Under the pieces are notes generated by a model, which saw only the letters and a list, made by a program, of their open reading frames with translations, was not told the DNA's origin and made no database searches. 64,000 bases of DNA from Narcine bancroftii (lineage: Eukaryota), in assembly GCF_036971445.1 (NCBI RefSeq), contig NC_091478.1:79608001-79672000 (forward strand), given 5' to 3'. Shown in pieces: positions 1-13,316 of this stretch. The first letter of the stretch is position 1, and every line of letters begins with the position of its first letter. The position numbers and the translations under genes were made by a program.

Positions 1-183
1 AATTATGGTGAATACTGGTAGCAGTAAAACTACCTGCTTTTGTTTTTTTTCCCTCTGTACAATTAGCTATGGCCCTCTGCTGTTTATTCTTTGAACTTGA
101 TAACTTTATCTTTCAGTCAACAATTCTGCAGAAATGGCTCCTTTTAAACTTTAAGCTAATAAAAATTGTAATGAAAACTATTT

Positions 184-1200
184 AACATAATATAACATAA
201 CAATTACAGCACGGAAACAGGCCATTAGGCCCTTCTAGTCCGCACCGAACCAAACACCCCTTTCTAGTCCCACCTCCCTGCACAATGCCCATAACCCTCC
301 ATCTTCTTCTCATCCATATACCTGCCCAACCTTTTCTTAAATAATACAATTGACTCCGCCGCCACTATTTCTCCTGGAAGATCATTCCACACGGCTACCA
401 CTCTCTGAGTAAAGAAGTTCCCCCTCATGTTACCTCTAAACCTCTGCCCCTTAATTCTTAACTCATGTCCTCTTGTTTTAATCTTTCCTCCTCTTAACGG
501 AAATAGTCTATCCACATCCACTCTGTCTATCCCTTTCATAATCTTAAATACCTCAATCAAATCCCCTCTCAACCTTCTACGCTCCAAAGAATAAAGACCT
601 AATCTGTCCAATCTCTCCCTATACTCTAGATGCTTAAACCCAGGTAACATTCTGGTAAACCTTCTCTGCACTCTCTCCACTCTGTTTATATCCTTCCTAT
701 AATTAGGCATCGAGTCCACGCTGCTGAAGATCCAGCTGCGCTGGGTGGGTCACGTCTCCAGAATGGAGGACCATCGCCTTCCCAAGATCGTGTTATATGG
801 CGAGCTCTCCACTGGCCACCGTGACAGAGGTGCACCAAAGAAAAGGTACAAGGACTGCCTAAAGAAATCACTTGGTCCCTGCCACATTGACCACCGCCAG
901 TCGGCTGATATCGCCTCAAACCGTGCATCTTGGCGCCTCACAGTTTGGCGGGCAGAAACCTCCTTTGAAGAAGACCGCAGAGCCCACCTCACTGACAAAA
1001 GGCAAAGGAGGAAAAACCCAACACCCAACCCCAACCAACCAATTTTCCCCTGCAGCCGCTGCAACCATGTCTGCCTATCCCGCATCGGACTTGTCAGCCA
1101 CAAACGAGCCTGCAGCTGACGTGGACTTTTACCCCCTCCATAAATCTTCGTCCACGAAGCCAAGCCAAAGAAGAAGAATTAGGCGACCAGAACTGCACAC
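184..1200 (-). mobile_element. CR1-clade LINE 3' fragment, interrupted at 709-1176 by a young RTE insertion
   Basis: ORF 264..719 encodes the CR1 ORF2 C-terminus (ERVQRRFTRMLPG...LERRRLRGDLIEVFK...FFTQRVV). Short-repeat tail at ~184-200. The reading frame resumes after 1184 (VQFWSPNY). Confidence 0.9.
709..1176 (+). mobile_element. RTE-clade LINE, 5'-truncated copy 1
   Basis: Encodes GHVSRMEDHRLPKIVLYGEL...FPCSRCNHVCLSRIGLVSHKRAC. (GAA)n tail. TSD AATTAGGC at 701-708 and 1177-1184. Confidence 0.93.
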
Positions 1201-1479
1201 TTACTTAAAGTTACTTAAAATTGGTAACCGTTACTCCAGTGGAAAAGGCAATTCTTTCATGAAATTAGTTATTGGAAAATGGATAATTCAAAGTATTAAA
1301 GTGATCAAATCACAATGCATTTATTTGTGTACTGAGTTCATACAAATGCAAGAGTTAAATCTTAAATCAAATATACACATCATCCATAAGTGGGAATAGT
1401 ACCACCATCGCACAGCTGCACAAAATAAAAGATTTAGAATAAAACCACAGTTTATTCCTGATGGAGGATTGGCATTGCT

Positions 1480-3230
1480 GATCAGATATACTAGCATGGC
1501 TGCAGAAAAGAGGAAAGTAGTGGAGGGATTGTCTACCAAGTCAGTGTGGGTGGAAGTAACCCTACTGTGTATATTATAGAACCCTTCAATAGTTACAGAA
1601 ATACCGAGGAGCAGATTCTAGAAAGATGCAAAAATAAGGTTGTTGTTTAACTTTCCTAATGTTGATTTGCATCATGTCAGAGTGAAGGGTTTCAAGGGAG
1701 TGAAATTTGTTTGGTGTGCTCAGGAAGGTTTCATGACACAATGTGTAGAAAGTTCAACTGAAGGAGATGCTACACCTGTCCTTGTATAGGTAAATTAACC
1801 AGGTTGGATGTCAGGTCTCTCAGTGGGCAAACATTTCAGATAAAATGATCACATCTACCATAGTAATGGAGTAGACAATTTGGCAACATTTAATTGGAGT
1901 AAGGGAAAATATAAGGCCATTAAGAAGGAACTTGGGAGAAATGTGGCAAATTTTCAGGGGACATTTGGATGGCACTCTGCATATGTTCCATTGAGGCAAG
2001 GATAGGTTGGCAAGTTAAAAGAACCATGGTATGCAAGGGATGTAGAAATCTAGTTAAGCAAAGCTGGGAAGAGGTTGAAGAAAAATAGGAACTGAGAGAG
2101 CTCTAATGAATTATAAGATTGCCATAAAAGAGCTTCGGGTTTAAGAGAGCAGGAAGGGGCCATGAGAAGATCTCAGCTGGGAAGATTAGGAAAACTGCAA
2201 GGCATTTGACAAGTATATGAAGAACAAGAGGATGAATCATCTGAGGATAGGACCAATCAGGGGTGATATTGGAATCATGTGCATGGAGTCGGAGGGGGTG
2301 ACACAAGTCCTTAATTAATACTTTGCTTCAGTATTCCCCAGAGGAAAGGACCTTGGCCACTGTGAGGAAGACTTAAAGCAGACTGAAATGCCTGAGAAAA
2401 ATGAAGTTAGACAAGTCACCAGAACTAGACAAGATTTACCCAAGGCTATTGTGGAAAATGAGGGAGGAGAATGCCAAGCCATTAGTGATTATCATTAAGG
2501 AGGGGAGAAGTACTGGAGGATTACAAATGTTGTTTCCCTGCAAGAAAGGGAGTAGGACATTATTGCAGTGGTGAGTTGGCTGTTGGAGAAGATCCTTATA
2601 CAGGATTATAAGCATTTAGAAAGGCATAATCTGATTAGTGATGCTCAGCATGGGTTCGTCAGGAGGGTTGGGTCTCACAAGCCTGACTGAATGCATTGAG
2701 GACATAACAAAGGACATTGATGAAGGTAAAGAAGTGAATGTAGTGTATATAAACTTCTGTAAAGCATTTGATAAGGTTTCCCATGCAAAGTTCATTGAGA
2801 AAGTATATAATCCAAGGAGGCCTTGCTTTGTGGATACAGAATTGGCTTGCCCACTGAAAGTCAATTAAGTCAAAGAGGGTGGTTGTAGATGGTTCATATT
2901 CTGCATGGAGGTCAAGTTTCACACGGATCTGTTCTGGAACCCCTCCTCTTTGAGAGTTTTACAAATAACCTGGATGAGGAAGTGGAAAAGTGGGCTATTA
3001 AGTTTGTGTATGACACGAAGATTGATGACATTGTGAATAATCCGAAGGGTGGCCAGATGTTGCAGCAGGACATTAATAGGATGCAGAGCTGGGCTAAGAA
3101 ATGGCAGATGGAATTTAACCCAGAAAAGAGTGAAATAATTCATTTTGGTTGGTCAAATTTGTAGGCAGAATATGTTAATGGGAGGACTCTGAGCAGTGTG
3201 GACAAAGAGATCTTGGGATCCATGTCCACA
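1480..3230 (+). mobile_element. Decayed CR1-clade LINE ORF2 (endonuclease end through RT)
   Basis: Fragmentary RT motifs VYINFCKAFDKVSH, GSVLEPLLF, KFVYDTKI, WQMEFNPEKSEIIHFG; many stops and frameshifts. Confidence 0.85.
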
Positions 3231-4751
3231 GGAAATTATAAACTGCTGAAGGGCTCAAGCCCTATACCTTTACCTTTGCTATATAAAGTACACAGTTCAC
3301 TTGCTGAGTTTCTCCAGCATTGTTTTTAATTCATTTACAGAGTCTACAGACTTTTCTTGTTTAATCTATGTGAATAAATTGTTTTCAACACTCAATACGT
3401 AGCCTTCCCTACCATGGTATTTCAATTGTTCATTCAAATTCAAATGAAGTGAGAGCCTCTTCAGAATTAGAATCAGAATTTATTGTCATGAACAAGTCAC
3501 AAAATTTGTTGTTTTGTGGCAGCATCACAGGGCAAACATTCATACAATTGATGCCCTTTTGAAGCAGGTGGGAACTTCCAAAAGAAACATGTTCCAGATT
3601 TCACCTCTGGATGAAAACCTCTTTCTCTCATGCCCTCTAAGACTCCTAACCTTTGCCCTGCCCTCAGGTCAAATATATTTCTGCTGAGAAAGTTCTATCC
3701 ATCTATTATGCCCTTCAAACTTCACCACACCTCCCTAGGAGAGAAAAGTATTTATCTAGCTTCTCATCATAGCTGAAATCCTCTATTCCAGAATCCTAGG
3801 CAATATCTGCAGATTCAATTTTGCACTTTCACTGGAGATGCACACAGAACTCCAGATATGGCCTTACTTATATTTTATGGAATTGTTCTATAACTTGCCT
3901 GCTCTTATATTTCTAGAGTTGGAGTAAAATAGCATCTGCCAGATATTTGCCCCCTGACATCACTTATCAAAATCATTTTGGCAATGTTTCTTAATCACCT
4001 TTCAAATTTTAGCAAGTATAGTATAACTCCAATTCTCCAAAATGGTCAGGGCCAGGCCTGATAACTGGTCATTTTTAAAAACAAAACTGCCCAGTAGCAA
4101 CAGCAAATCTCATGTAACAGTGTTTCAACAACAAGGGAAGGCTTTTTAAGTATGAAATAATGTTTAATTTTCACCAAAAAAAATCTGAACAAAATAAGAT
4201 AAACCCAACATCAAAAAAAAAATCAAAATTTTACTGAGATTTTTCCAAAATTCCAAAACTTTTTCAACCTGTGACATCAGTTTAGCTCTGAAAATATTTT
4301 GGATAACTGAAGGTTTCTGAGGCGAAATGGTCTCATGGGGGGAGATGGGGGATGATGAGGTGAGTGAGTGAGTGAGTGAATGAGAGACTAAAAAAGTGGT
4401 ATCAGGGCAACAGCTATCCATCAATGCTAGCTCACTATTGTTGGACACTTACACAAGAGGCATCAGATGCTGAGTACAAATGAAAATCAGTGGCAAAACA
4501 TTTTTTGGTCAGTTGAACTAACTCAAAGTGTCAACATCATTATGCAATTAAAAATGCTAAGTTCAATAAAAGTTGATGTTTCTCCAACTTCATACATGAT
4601 ACAGCAAATCTAAAATTATCTTTGCATTGAGCTTGAAGATCCCTCTTGTAATGCCCAGTTATAGGTGACTGGACACACAAGATCATTCAAAGATTGAATG
4701 CTGCATTTAATTTCTCCAGTGAAGGTGACACGAACACAAATGATCACACAG

Positions 4752-4970
4752 TATGCTGATTAGCACGCTACTACAGCGCCGGCGAGCATATGTTCAAATC
4801 CAGCACTGACTGTAAGAAGCTTGTACGTTTGCCCCATGTCTGTATTAGTTAGTTTCAGGTGCACCAGTTTCTTCCCACCCTTCCAAATGTATGGGGGTTG
4901 TAAATGAATTGGACACTATAGGCTTGTGAGTCGGAAGGGCCAGTTACTGTGCTCTATGTCCAAATTAAAA
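4752..4970 (+). mobile_element. V-SINE (HE1-like) copy, diverged
   Basis: tRNA-like head, V-domain-like GTTTCAGGTGCACCAGTTTCTTCCCA and CR1-like tail; homologous to five other copies in the window. Confidence 0.65.
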
Positions 4971-5099
4971 TATCCAATAACAATTGTTTTACTAACAGAA
5001 AAACACAGCAAGTTTGGCAGCATCTATGGAAAGAGAAACAGACTGTGTTTCTGATTGAAAACCAGACACATTGTTTTACCGGCAATGATGATGGAATGG

Positions 5100-7865
5100 A
5101 GAGGGAAAAGCCTTGCCATCTTAATACTGTAGATTTTCTGAGAGGTCAATAGTGAACACCTTCTCTTCAATACTAACTGAACAATCAAGCCCTGCGTAAG
5201 ACTGTTGATATGTTCTCCAGACTTGTAGAGGAGTTTCTCAAAATTACAACTCTGCAGTTTTCAACCCCCATCGCGAAACATGAAGTAACTCACCATATTT
5301 AACCAAGGGTCCTCCCATTCATGCTAAGGCACGTCGCTTGCCTCCAGAGAAACTGCAATTAGCTAAACAAGAATTCCACAAAATATAAGAGCTGGGGATA
5401 TGCAGATCCGACAGCCCATGGGCGTCTCCGTTATATTTAGTTCAAAAATGCACCGGAAGGTGGAGACCTTGTGGAGATTATAGATGGCTCAATGACGCCA
5501 CTATACACCAGATTGCTACCCTGTTCCCCATATTCAAAATTTTTCAGTGAATCTACATGGGGCAAAATCTTTTCAAAAGTGGATTTGGTGCGTGGATATC
5601 AGCAGGTGCCAATGGAACCAGACAACATCCTTAGAACAGTAACAATTACCTCTTTCAGATTGTTTGAATTTTTACATATACCCTTTGGGTTAAAAAATGC
5701 AGCTCAGACCTTTCAGCGAGTTATGGATGCAACAGAGTGTGGCATGGCCAACATCTTCATTTATCTAGACGACATATTAGTCACCAGCAAAACTATAGAA
5801 GGGCACATGGAACATCTGTGTACACTCTTTAGACATCTGCGACAATTTGGACTGACCATCAACCCAAATAAATGTGTTTTTGGACAACAGTCCATAGAAT
5901 TCCTGGGGCATACAATCACCGACAAGGGCGTGGTTCCGCTGCCTTTTGAGATCGATACCATTACTGAATATTCCAGATCAACCACTGTCAAAGGTCTGCA
6001 AGAGTTCTTGGGCATGGTTATGAAGCCTCTGTTCAATCTGCTGTCTGGTCAGGCCAAATCTATTCAGTGGACAGATGCAAATTGAAATGCTATCATAAAG
6101 ACAAAGGAACTAATAGCTCAAGCAACCACACTCAGTTATCCAGTCCTAAACGCAGTCACCACCCTTTCGATAGACGCACCTGCTACAGTAAGTTGATGGA
6201 TAATGGAAGCCATTGGCATTCTTTAGCCACTACCTCTGTGAGGCTGTGAACAAAATACAGCATCTTTGATAATGAGCTCCTAGCAATATATTTCTTCATC
6301 TGTCACTTCGTTACTTTTTGGAAGGCAGACATTTCACCACGTTCAAAGGCCATAAACCCTTGACATTCATATTTTTGAAGGTGTCAGAGCCCTGGTGAGC
6401 TCGACAACAGTGGCAGTTATCCTTCATTTTGGAATTCTCTACCAGAATAATGCACATTTCTGGAAAAGGCAATGTAGTGGCTGAAGCATTTTCCAACTCA
6501 GTTACTCTCCAGGTATCAGCTATGGACCACAGTATTGACTATGCGGCTCTCACTGCTGCCCAAGCACAAGACGGTGAGATGGATGTGCAAAAAAGCTGCT
6601 CTTTTGCAACATGTCAACATGACATCCACGGCCAGTGGGTCCAGCTTTGTGGAGTCGTCGCGTTTTTGATTCTGTCCATGGTCTTTCTCATCCATCCATT
6701 AGATCGACCATTTGTCTGATTTCAGACAGATGTGTTTGCACCGTCTGAAAAATTACGAAGCAAATGGCTAAATCTTGTGTAGCTTGTCAAAATCCATCGG
6801 CATACAAAAACACCACTACAACCCTTCTCACTGGTAACTTGCCGCTTCATCAATGTCCATGTGGACATTGTGGGACCAATTCCAGTTTCACGAGGCTACT
6901 TCACTGTGATCGATAGGTTTACGAGATGGCCTGAGGCTGTCCTCACCGCAGATGGACTCTTGTGCACAGGCATTCCTTAATTCCTGGTGGCTTGCTTCGG
7001 CCTAGCGGCACACATCACTTCTGACAGAGGACCTCAATTTACATCTTTGTTATGGATGGCCTTATCTCGGCTGCATCACCTGCAGTCCAACGGGATGGTT
7101 GAATGATTCCATTGTCACCTTAAATCAGCCTTAATGGCCCATTTGGACGGTCCTTACTGGGCAGACCATGGGTGTTTCTTGGCATTAGGACAACTCCAAA
7201 AGAGGATCTTCACACTTCGCCTGTGGAGCTTGTATACGGCACGCCTTTGGTGATCTCAAGGGAATTCGTTCCACACGGATCCAGTAAAGATGAAGATCAC
7301 AAAGAGCTGCTGAGCAGATTAAGGGATACCTTACGCAAATTATCCCCATACCACCATCATCACATGACAAACGTGTTTCTTTTGTACCACACGAACTGAT
7401 GGACTGTGAATACATGTTTGTATGTAGAGGAATTATGGACAGTCCTTGCAAGTACCATTTGAGGGACCAATCAGGATGTTAAGACAAACGAGGTCAACCT
7501 GCATCTTGGACATTGCTAGGCAGCCTCTATCATTCACGATTGACAGGCTCAAATCTGCCCATGTTGACAAAACTGCTCCTATTCAACAGCCAGCAGTCCG
7601 ACACAGGGGTCAACCTCCCAAAAAACTACCAGGTGATAGTGTCGGTTCTGGGGTGGCGGGGCGGTGGGGGGAGTGGGGGCAGGGTTGGGTAGTGGCACTA
7701 TAGATAGACTACAACTCCCAGAAGTCTAGCGAACCAGCATAGGACATCATAACATGGCACGCACGGTTCAGTGTTTTAAAAAAAGAAAATGTGTGTGACT
7801 CGAGTAAACGAGTTTGAATTTACCTGCAACTGGATGTGTCGTTATTTCACGTTCATCAGCCACCA
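5100..7865 (+). mobile_element. Ty3/Gypsy LTR retrotransposon, 5'-truncated and decayed (RT-RNaseH-integrase, PPT, 3' LTR ~7688-7865)
   Basis: RT motifs FSKVDLVRGYQQVP, PFGLKNAAQTFQR, YLDDILV; RNaseH end HISGKGNVVAEAFS; integrase remnants (VHVDIVGP, ITSDRGPQF, LGIRTTPKEDL); G-rich tract followed by an LTR-like block. Confidence 0.9.
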
Positions 7866-8971
7866 TTGGGTTTTCAGTGGATCTAATACTTAGATGGAAT
7901 TATTGTTAATGAACAGACGGATTAATAGTCTTGTGACAGAATTTCTTCCTCTATGAAGTTGCCAACCTCCAGAACAAAATGGATATTGATTCCAGATCTT
8001 CACCACATTTAAAAAGTCTTGCAATTCCCTAGTACCCGAAAGAACCTCAGGATATCTTAAAACATTCAAAGCCAGTCAAATGCTTGAAGGAGAGTCCCTC
8101 TAGTCATGCAAGAAATAAATTCATTTTGTAATATGCCCTAGGTTTTGTTTTAAAAGAATATCCCCTCCTACTCTGAAGTGAAACAGAACTCTGAAACATA
8201 TGATAGAAGTTTGTGAGAAGCCAAGAATAGGCTACAATTTCAACTTTTGAACCTCCATGCCTTTTCAGAAAGCACTTCAATTTAACAGGTGTAATAAATT
8301 GGAGTAACAATTGATAGCATTCAATCTACAATCCAGCACAAAAGGGAAAGGGAGTCTAGCCATTCCTATACACAGAAAGATGTCACAGACCACACTAAAC
8401 AAAAGGGGGAATTTGTCAATCTGTCACTGTGGAAATAGAGGGAGATACAAATTTATTTTCACTAAATTTGATCATTTCAGGCCAATAATTTAAAAAAAAT
8501 GTGAATGTTAACCTCTTCTCCACAATAAACACAAGAAAAATCAAGGTTGATAGACAACTCTTCCCTACCCTGACTTACATTATTTTGTGCAATTTTCCAT
8601 CTGTGCAAGAACCTGAATATTTTGTCTAAACTATTGCACATAATTTAATGTTCACACTATCTTCTTCCTTTGGGTCCTTCCTTCAAATATCTTGTTTAAA
8701 CATTCTTCAAGCAAGGCATGAATTAAAAGTACAATAAATTATTTCAATAGCTTGATTTTGAAAAAATGTAAACACATTGAGAGATTTCTGAAGTGCAAAT
8801 AAACACAACAACAAATGAAGGTGGCCATTGCCTCTGAGCAGAGAATGCACAGAATTAATCTTACATTTCTAGATTACAAAGTTATAAATAAATATAAATG
8901 AATAAAATTCAGCAAGATCACAATATGATCTAAGCAAACATTAGGTAATTTACAACATTCTAAAGTCCAAA

Positions 8972-10039
8972 GTACCGCACGGATGGCAGTCTCTTCAATC
9001 TGAGGCGCCTGCAAGCTCACACCAAGACACAAGAGAAACTTGTCCGTGAACTACTCTTTGCAGATGATGCCGCTTTAGTTGCCCATTCAGAGCCAGCTCT
9101 TCAGCGCTTGACGTCCTGCTTTGCGGAAACTGCCAAAATGTTTGGCCTGGAAGTCAGCCTGAAGAAAACTGAGGTCCTCCATCAGCCAGCTCCCCACCAT
9201 GACTACCAGCCCCCCCACATCTCCATCGGGCACACAAAACGGTCAACCAGTTTACCTATCTCGGCTGCACCATTTCATCAGATGCAAGGATCGACAATGA
9301 GATAGACAACAGACTCGCCAAGGCAAATAGCGCCTTTGGAAGACTACACAAAAGAGTCTGGAAAAACAACCAACTGAAAAACCTCACAAAGATAAGCGTA
9401 TACAGAGCCGTTGTCATACCCACACTCCTGTTCGGCTCCGAATCATGGGTCCTCTACCGGCACCACCTACGGCTCCTAGAACGCTTCCACCAGCGTTGTC
9501 TCCGCTCCATCCTCAACATCCATTGGAGCGCTTACACCCCTAACGTCGAAGTACTCGAGATGGCAGAGGTCGACAGCATCGAGTCCACGCTGCTGAAGAT
9601 CCAGCTGCGCTGGATGGGTCACGTCTCCAGAATGGAGGACCATCGCCTTCCCAAGATCGTGTTATATGGCGAGCTCTCCACTGGCCACCGTGACAGAGGT
9701 GCACCAAAGAAAAGGTACAAGGACTGCCTAAAGAAATCTCTTGGTGCCTGCCACATTGACCACCGCCAGTGGGCTGATAACGCCTCAAACCGTGCATCTT
9801 GGCGCCTCACAGTTTGGCGGGCAGCAACCTCCTTTGAAAAAGACCGCAGAGCCCACCTCACTGACAAAAGGCAAAGGAGGAAAAACCCAACACCCAACCC
9901 CAACCAACCAATTTTCCCTTGCAACCGCTGCAATCGTGTCTGCCTGTCCCGCATCGGACTGTCAGCCACAAACGAGCCTGCAGCTGACGTGGACTTTTTA
10001 CCCCCTCCATAAATCTTCGTCCGCGAAGCCAAGCCAAAG
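8972..10039 (+). mobile_element. RTE-clade LINE, 5'-truncated copy 2
   Basis: RT (LLFADDAAL) through the C-terminal Cys/His motif. TSD AAAGTCCAAA at 8962-8971 and 10040-10049. 7-bp deletion near 9240 and 1-bp deletion near 9960 relative to copy 4. Confidence 0.95.
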
Positions 10040-11499
10040 AAAGTCCAAAATGTAATAACAAATACAAGTTACAATTGCTTCGGCCCATTTCATTTTAACG
10101 TACTGGACTGCTTTACTCTGCATTCATTTTCCTTGAGAACAACTGACAACAAGACAGACAAAGCAGAACAAACTCAGGATAATATCCATCACAAATGGCT
10201 AGAAGGGGCAAACTTATCGCACAAATGTGATCCTTGTAGAAGTTCGAGATGAAAAAAAAACTGAAGTTGCAACGCCCTTCACAATCTTAGTACGCCCAAA
10301 ATGAATAACATTTAAGTGCAGTCATTTATGTTATGTAGAGAAACACACAGGACAGAGTGAATACAGTCAGCACCTAGAAACAAGGAATCAGGCTAGATTT
10401 ACTTACAGGGTCATTTGTTGATACAAATATTAAGCCAGACTTTCTGCAGAGGCTTCATGGAAAGCACAGCATCTTCAGAAATTCTGAGTCCTGCACAAAC
10501 ATTGCCAGCAACTTTGCATTGCATTGAACAAATCAGATCAAAGAATCATTAACAACAGTAACTTTGAATCAGGCAAAGCCAGCTAAAGAGAGAAAGAAAG
10601 ATTGAAAGAAGAGAAAGACAAAGAACATTTTAAAATGTTAAACATCTCTCACAACAATAAGACACTGAAACATTAAATTACCAACGCAGAGCTTTTTGGC
10701 AGTGGTAACATTAATACAAGTATAAGAAAACAAATTACTGGAGGAACTCAGTAAGTCAGGTAGCACTGTGGAAATGGAGTCTTGATATAATATCAGCTTT
10801 CCATTTCATTCCACAGAAGCAACCTGACCTCCAGCAACTTACTTTTTTATGGTTCACAATTCCAGCATCACCATTGTCTCATGTCTTCAATTACATTTAA
10901 CCCAGCAATAAATTTGAATGGTAAAAGGCAAGATGCCATTTTTAAGACACTTAACTAGAAAACTGCATTTCAGTCTCTAGCCTCCCAAATTCATTGTTAA
11001 ACTGCACATAAGGTGGGCAGAATTTGGTCTGTTTTTGCACCTTCAATAACAGTCGGCACTGTTGACCAATTATGCATTGAAACTGGCTATTATAATAAGC
11101 AACGTGGACAGGGGGGAGTAAAAATATCCAGGCCATCCATTCTCCTCGAGAGCAACACAATGAAAACTTTAAACTTTATTTGAGATGCTTCCAAGAATGT
11201 GACAGTGAACACAAAGACACCTGGAATGCGATTCTGAGCCCACGACTTGCTGGCGGCCTCAATGGCAAGGTTGGCACCAAAGCCAGAAGCCAGGGTGCCC
11301 ACGGCTGACTGATTTGTGGAGATAATTGTGCCTGGAACAGCCCACCTGGTCCACTGGAGATGACTGCTCTGACAGGAGTGGAGGTCTCAGCTCTCTCAGT
11401 GCCTTCTCCAATGCTACAGGAGTCCTGTTTCTTTTCCACGTGGCCCTCCCCTTCCTTCCCTCTTCTGCTCCTCCCTCTGATGAAGGTCATTGCGAACCT

Positions 11500-11885
11500 G
11501 CCCCCCGACATTCCGCCTCTAGATCCAGAGCTGACACGAATCCAGCCTCTGGACCCCCCAAAAGCAATCTTCACCTTCCTCCATGATCGCCGTTATTCCC
11601 GCCCCCTCCCTGCCGACGTCAATTGGTGTCGACCCCCCCCCCCCCCCCCCGTTACTATTAGTAACGAGGTAAGAGTCCGAAAATCCGACTGCCACCGTCA
11701 CCTGCGACTACCTGCCGGGGAGGCGCCTGTGCGGCTCCCGAAAGGGATTCTGGGAATCGTAGTCCCAGCGGAGCCTTGGCGGCGCTGGTTCGACGATCCC
11801 GACTACGATCCCCAGAAGGCAACACCTCGCCGCTGGGCTGAGCGCGATTGGCTGCGCAGCCCCAGGAGGGGAATTTAAACATGGT
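11500..11885. promoter_or_regulatory. CpG-island promoter, probably bidirectional
   Basis: CpG-rich and apparently non-repetitive. GC box 11598-11606; GACGTCA 11615-11621; ATTGG at 11622 and 11847; X-box palindrome GTTACTATTAGTAAC 11651-11665; two divergent ZNF143/SBS-like motifs at 11748-11763 (-) and 11802-11817 (+). Confidence 0.75.
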
Positions 11886-12180
11886 CCCTTGGCATGTTTA
11901 TTTCTGTCCTTGTCGCAACAGACTTTGATAAATCTTCCTAAATGTATTAACAATCCATCTTAGTACAAAATAATTCATTTTTAGGACACTGGAAAATAAA
12001 CTTCTGATTTTTAAACCTTCACAAAAATATAAATTATTGACAAGACATCCTGGCATCTGCTTCTTCCCTCTGAAATGAATGGAATGTATGAAATGACATC
12101 ACATCAGAAAAACTGCAGAAGGTTAACTGGAATCCATGAGGAATTCCAGGAATGCTAACAACTCCGTGGCCAGGTATATT

Positions 12181-12775
12181 TCCTCTACCGGCACCACCTA
12201 CGGCTCCTAGAACGCTTCCAACAGCGTTGTCTCCGCTCCATCCTCAACATCCATTGGAGCGCTCACACCCCTAACGTCGAGGTACTCGAGATGGCAGAGG
12301 TCGACAGCATCGAGTCCACGCTGCTGAAGATCCAGCTGCGCTGGATGGGTCACGTCTCCAGAATGGAGGACCATCGCCTTCCCAAGATCGTATTATATGG
12401 CGAGCTCTCCACTGGCCACCGTGACAGAGGTGCACCAAAGAAAAGGTACAAGGACTGCCTAAAGAAATCTCTTGGTGCCTGCCACATTGACCACCGCCAA
12501 TGGGCTGATAACGCCTCAAACCGTGCATCTTGGCGCCTCACAGTTTGGCGGGCAGCAGCCTCCTTTGAAGAAGACCGCAGAGCCCACCTCACTGACAAAA
12601 GGCAAAGGAGGAAAAACCCAACACCCAACCCCAACCAACCAATTTTCCCTTGCAACCGCTGCAATCGTGTCTGCCTGTCCCGCATCGGACTGGTCAGCCA
12701 CAAACGAGCCTGCAGCTGACGTGGACTTTTTACCCCCTCCATAAATCTTCGTCCGCGAAGCCAAGCCAAAGAAGA
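12181..12775 (+). mobile_element. RTE-clade LINE, 5'-truncated copy 3
   Basis: ORF 12291..12719 matches the C-terminus of copy 4. (GAA)n tail abuts a CR1 3' end. No TSD seen. Confidence 0.93.
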
Positions 12776-13316
12776 ACCACTTACAGCACAGAACAGGCCA
12801 GTTCGGCCCTACTAGTCCATGCCGTAACAAATCCCTACCCTCCTAGTCCCACTGACCAGCACCCGGTCCATACCCCTATTCATACTCCTATTCATGTAAC
12901 TATCCAGTCTTTCCTTAAATGATCCCGCCTCGACCACGTCTGTCGGAAGCTCGTTCCACATCCCTACCACCCTTTGCGTAAAGAAATTTCCTCTCATGTT
13001 CCCCTTATAATTTTCCCCCTTCAATCTTAAACCATGTCCTCTAGTTTGAATCTCCCCCACTCTTAATTGAAAAAGCCTATCCACATTTACTCTGTCTGTC
13101 CCTTTTAAAATCTTAAACACCTCTATCAAGTCCCCTCTCAATCTTCTACACTCCAGAGAAAAAAGCCCCAGTCTGCACAACCTTTCCCTGTAACTCAAAC
13201 CTTGAAATCCTGTCAACATTCTCGTGAACCTTCTCTGCACTCTCTCTATTTTATTTATATCTTTCCTATAATTTGGTGACCAAAACTGTACACAGTACTC
13301 CAAATTTGGCCTCACG
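12776..13316 (-). mobile_element. CR1-clade LINE 3' fragment
   Basis: ORF 12812..13315: RPNLEYCVQFWSPNYRKDINKIERVQRRFTRML... Confidence 0.9.

Noticed and set aside
1380-8790. Minus-strand host exons (~1383-1416, ~4235-4287, ~8579-8612)
   Set aside because: Splice-like signals are present, but I found no recognisable protein or consistent reading frame.
11176-11878. ORFs 11360..11878 (+) and 11176..11574 (-) as genes
   Set aside because: No recognisable domain; long frames are expected in GC-rich promoter sequence.
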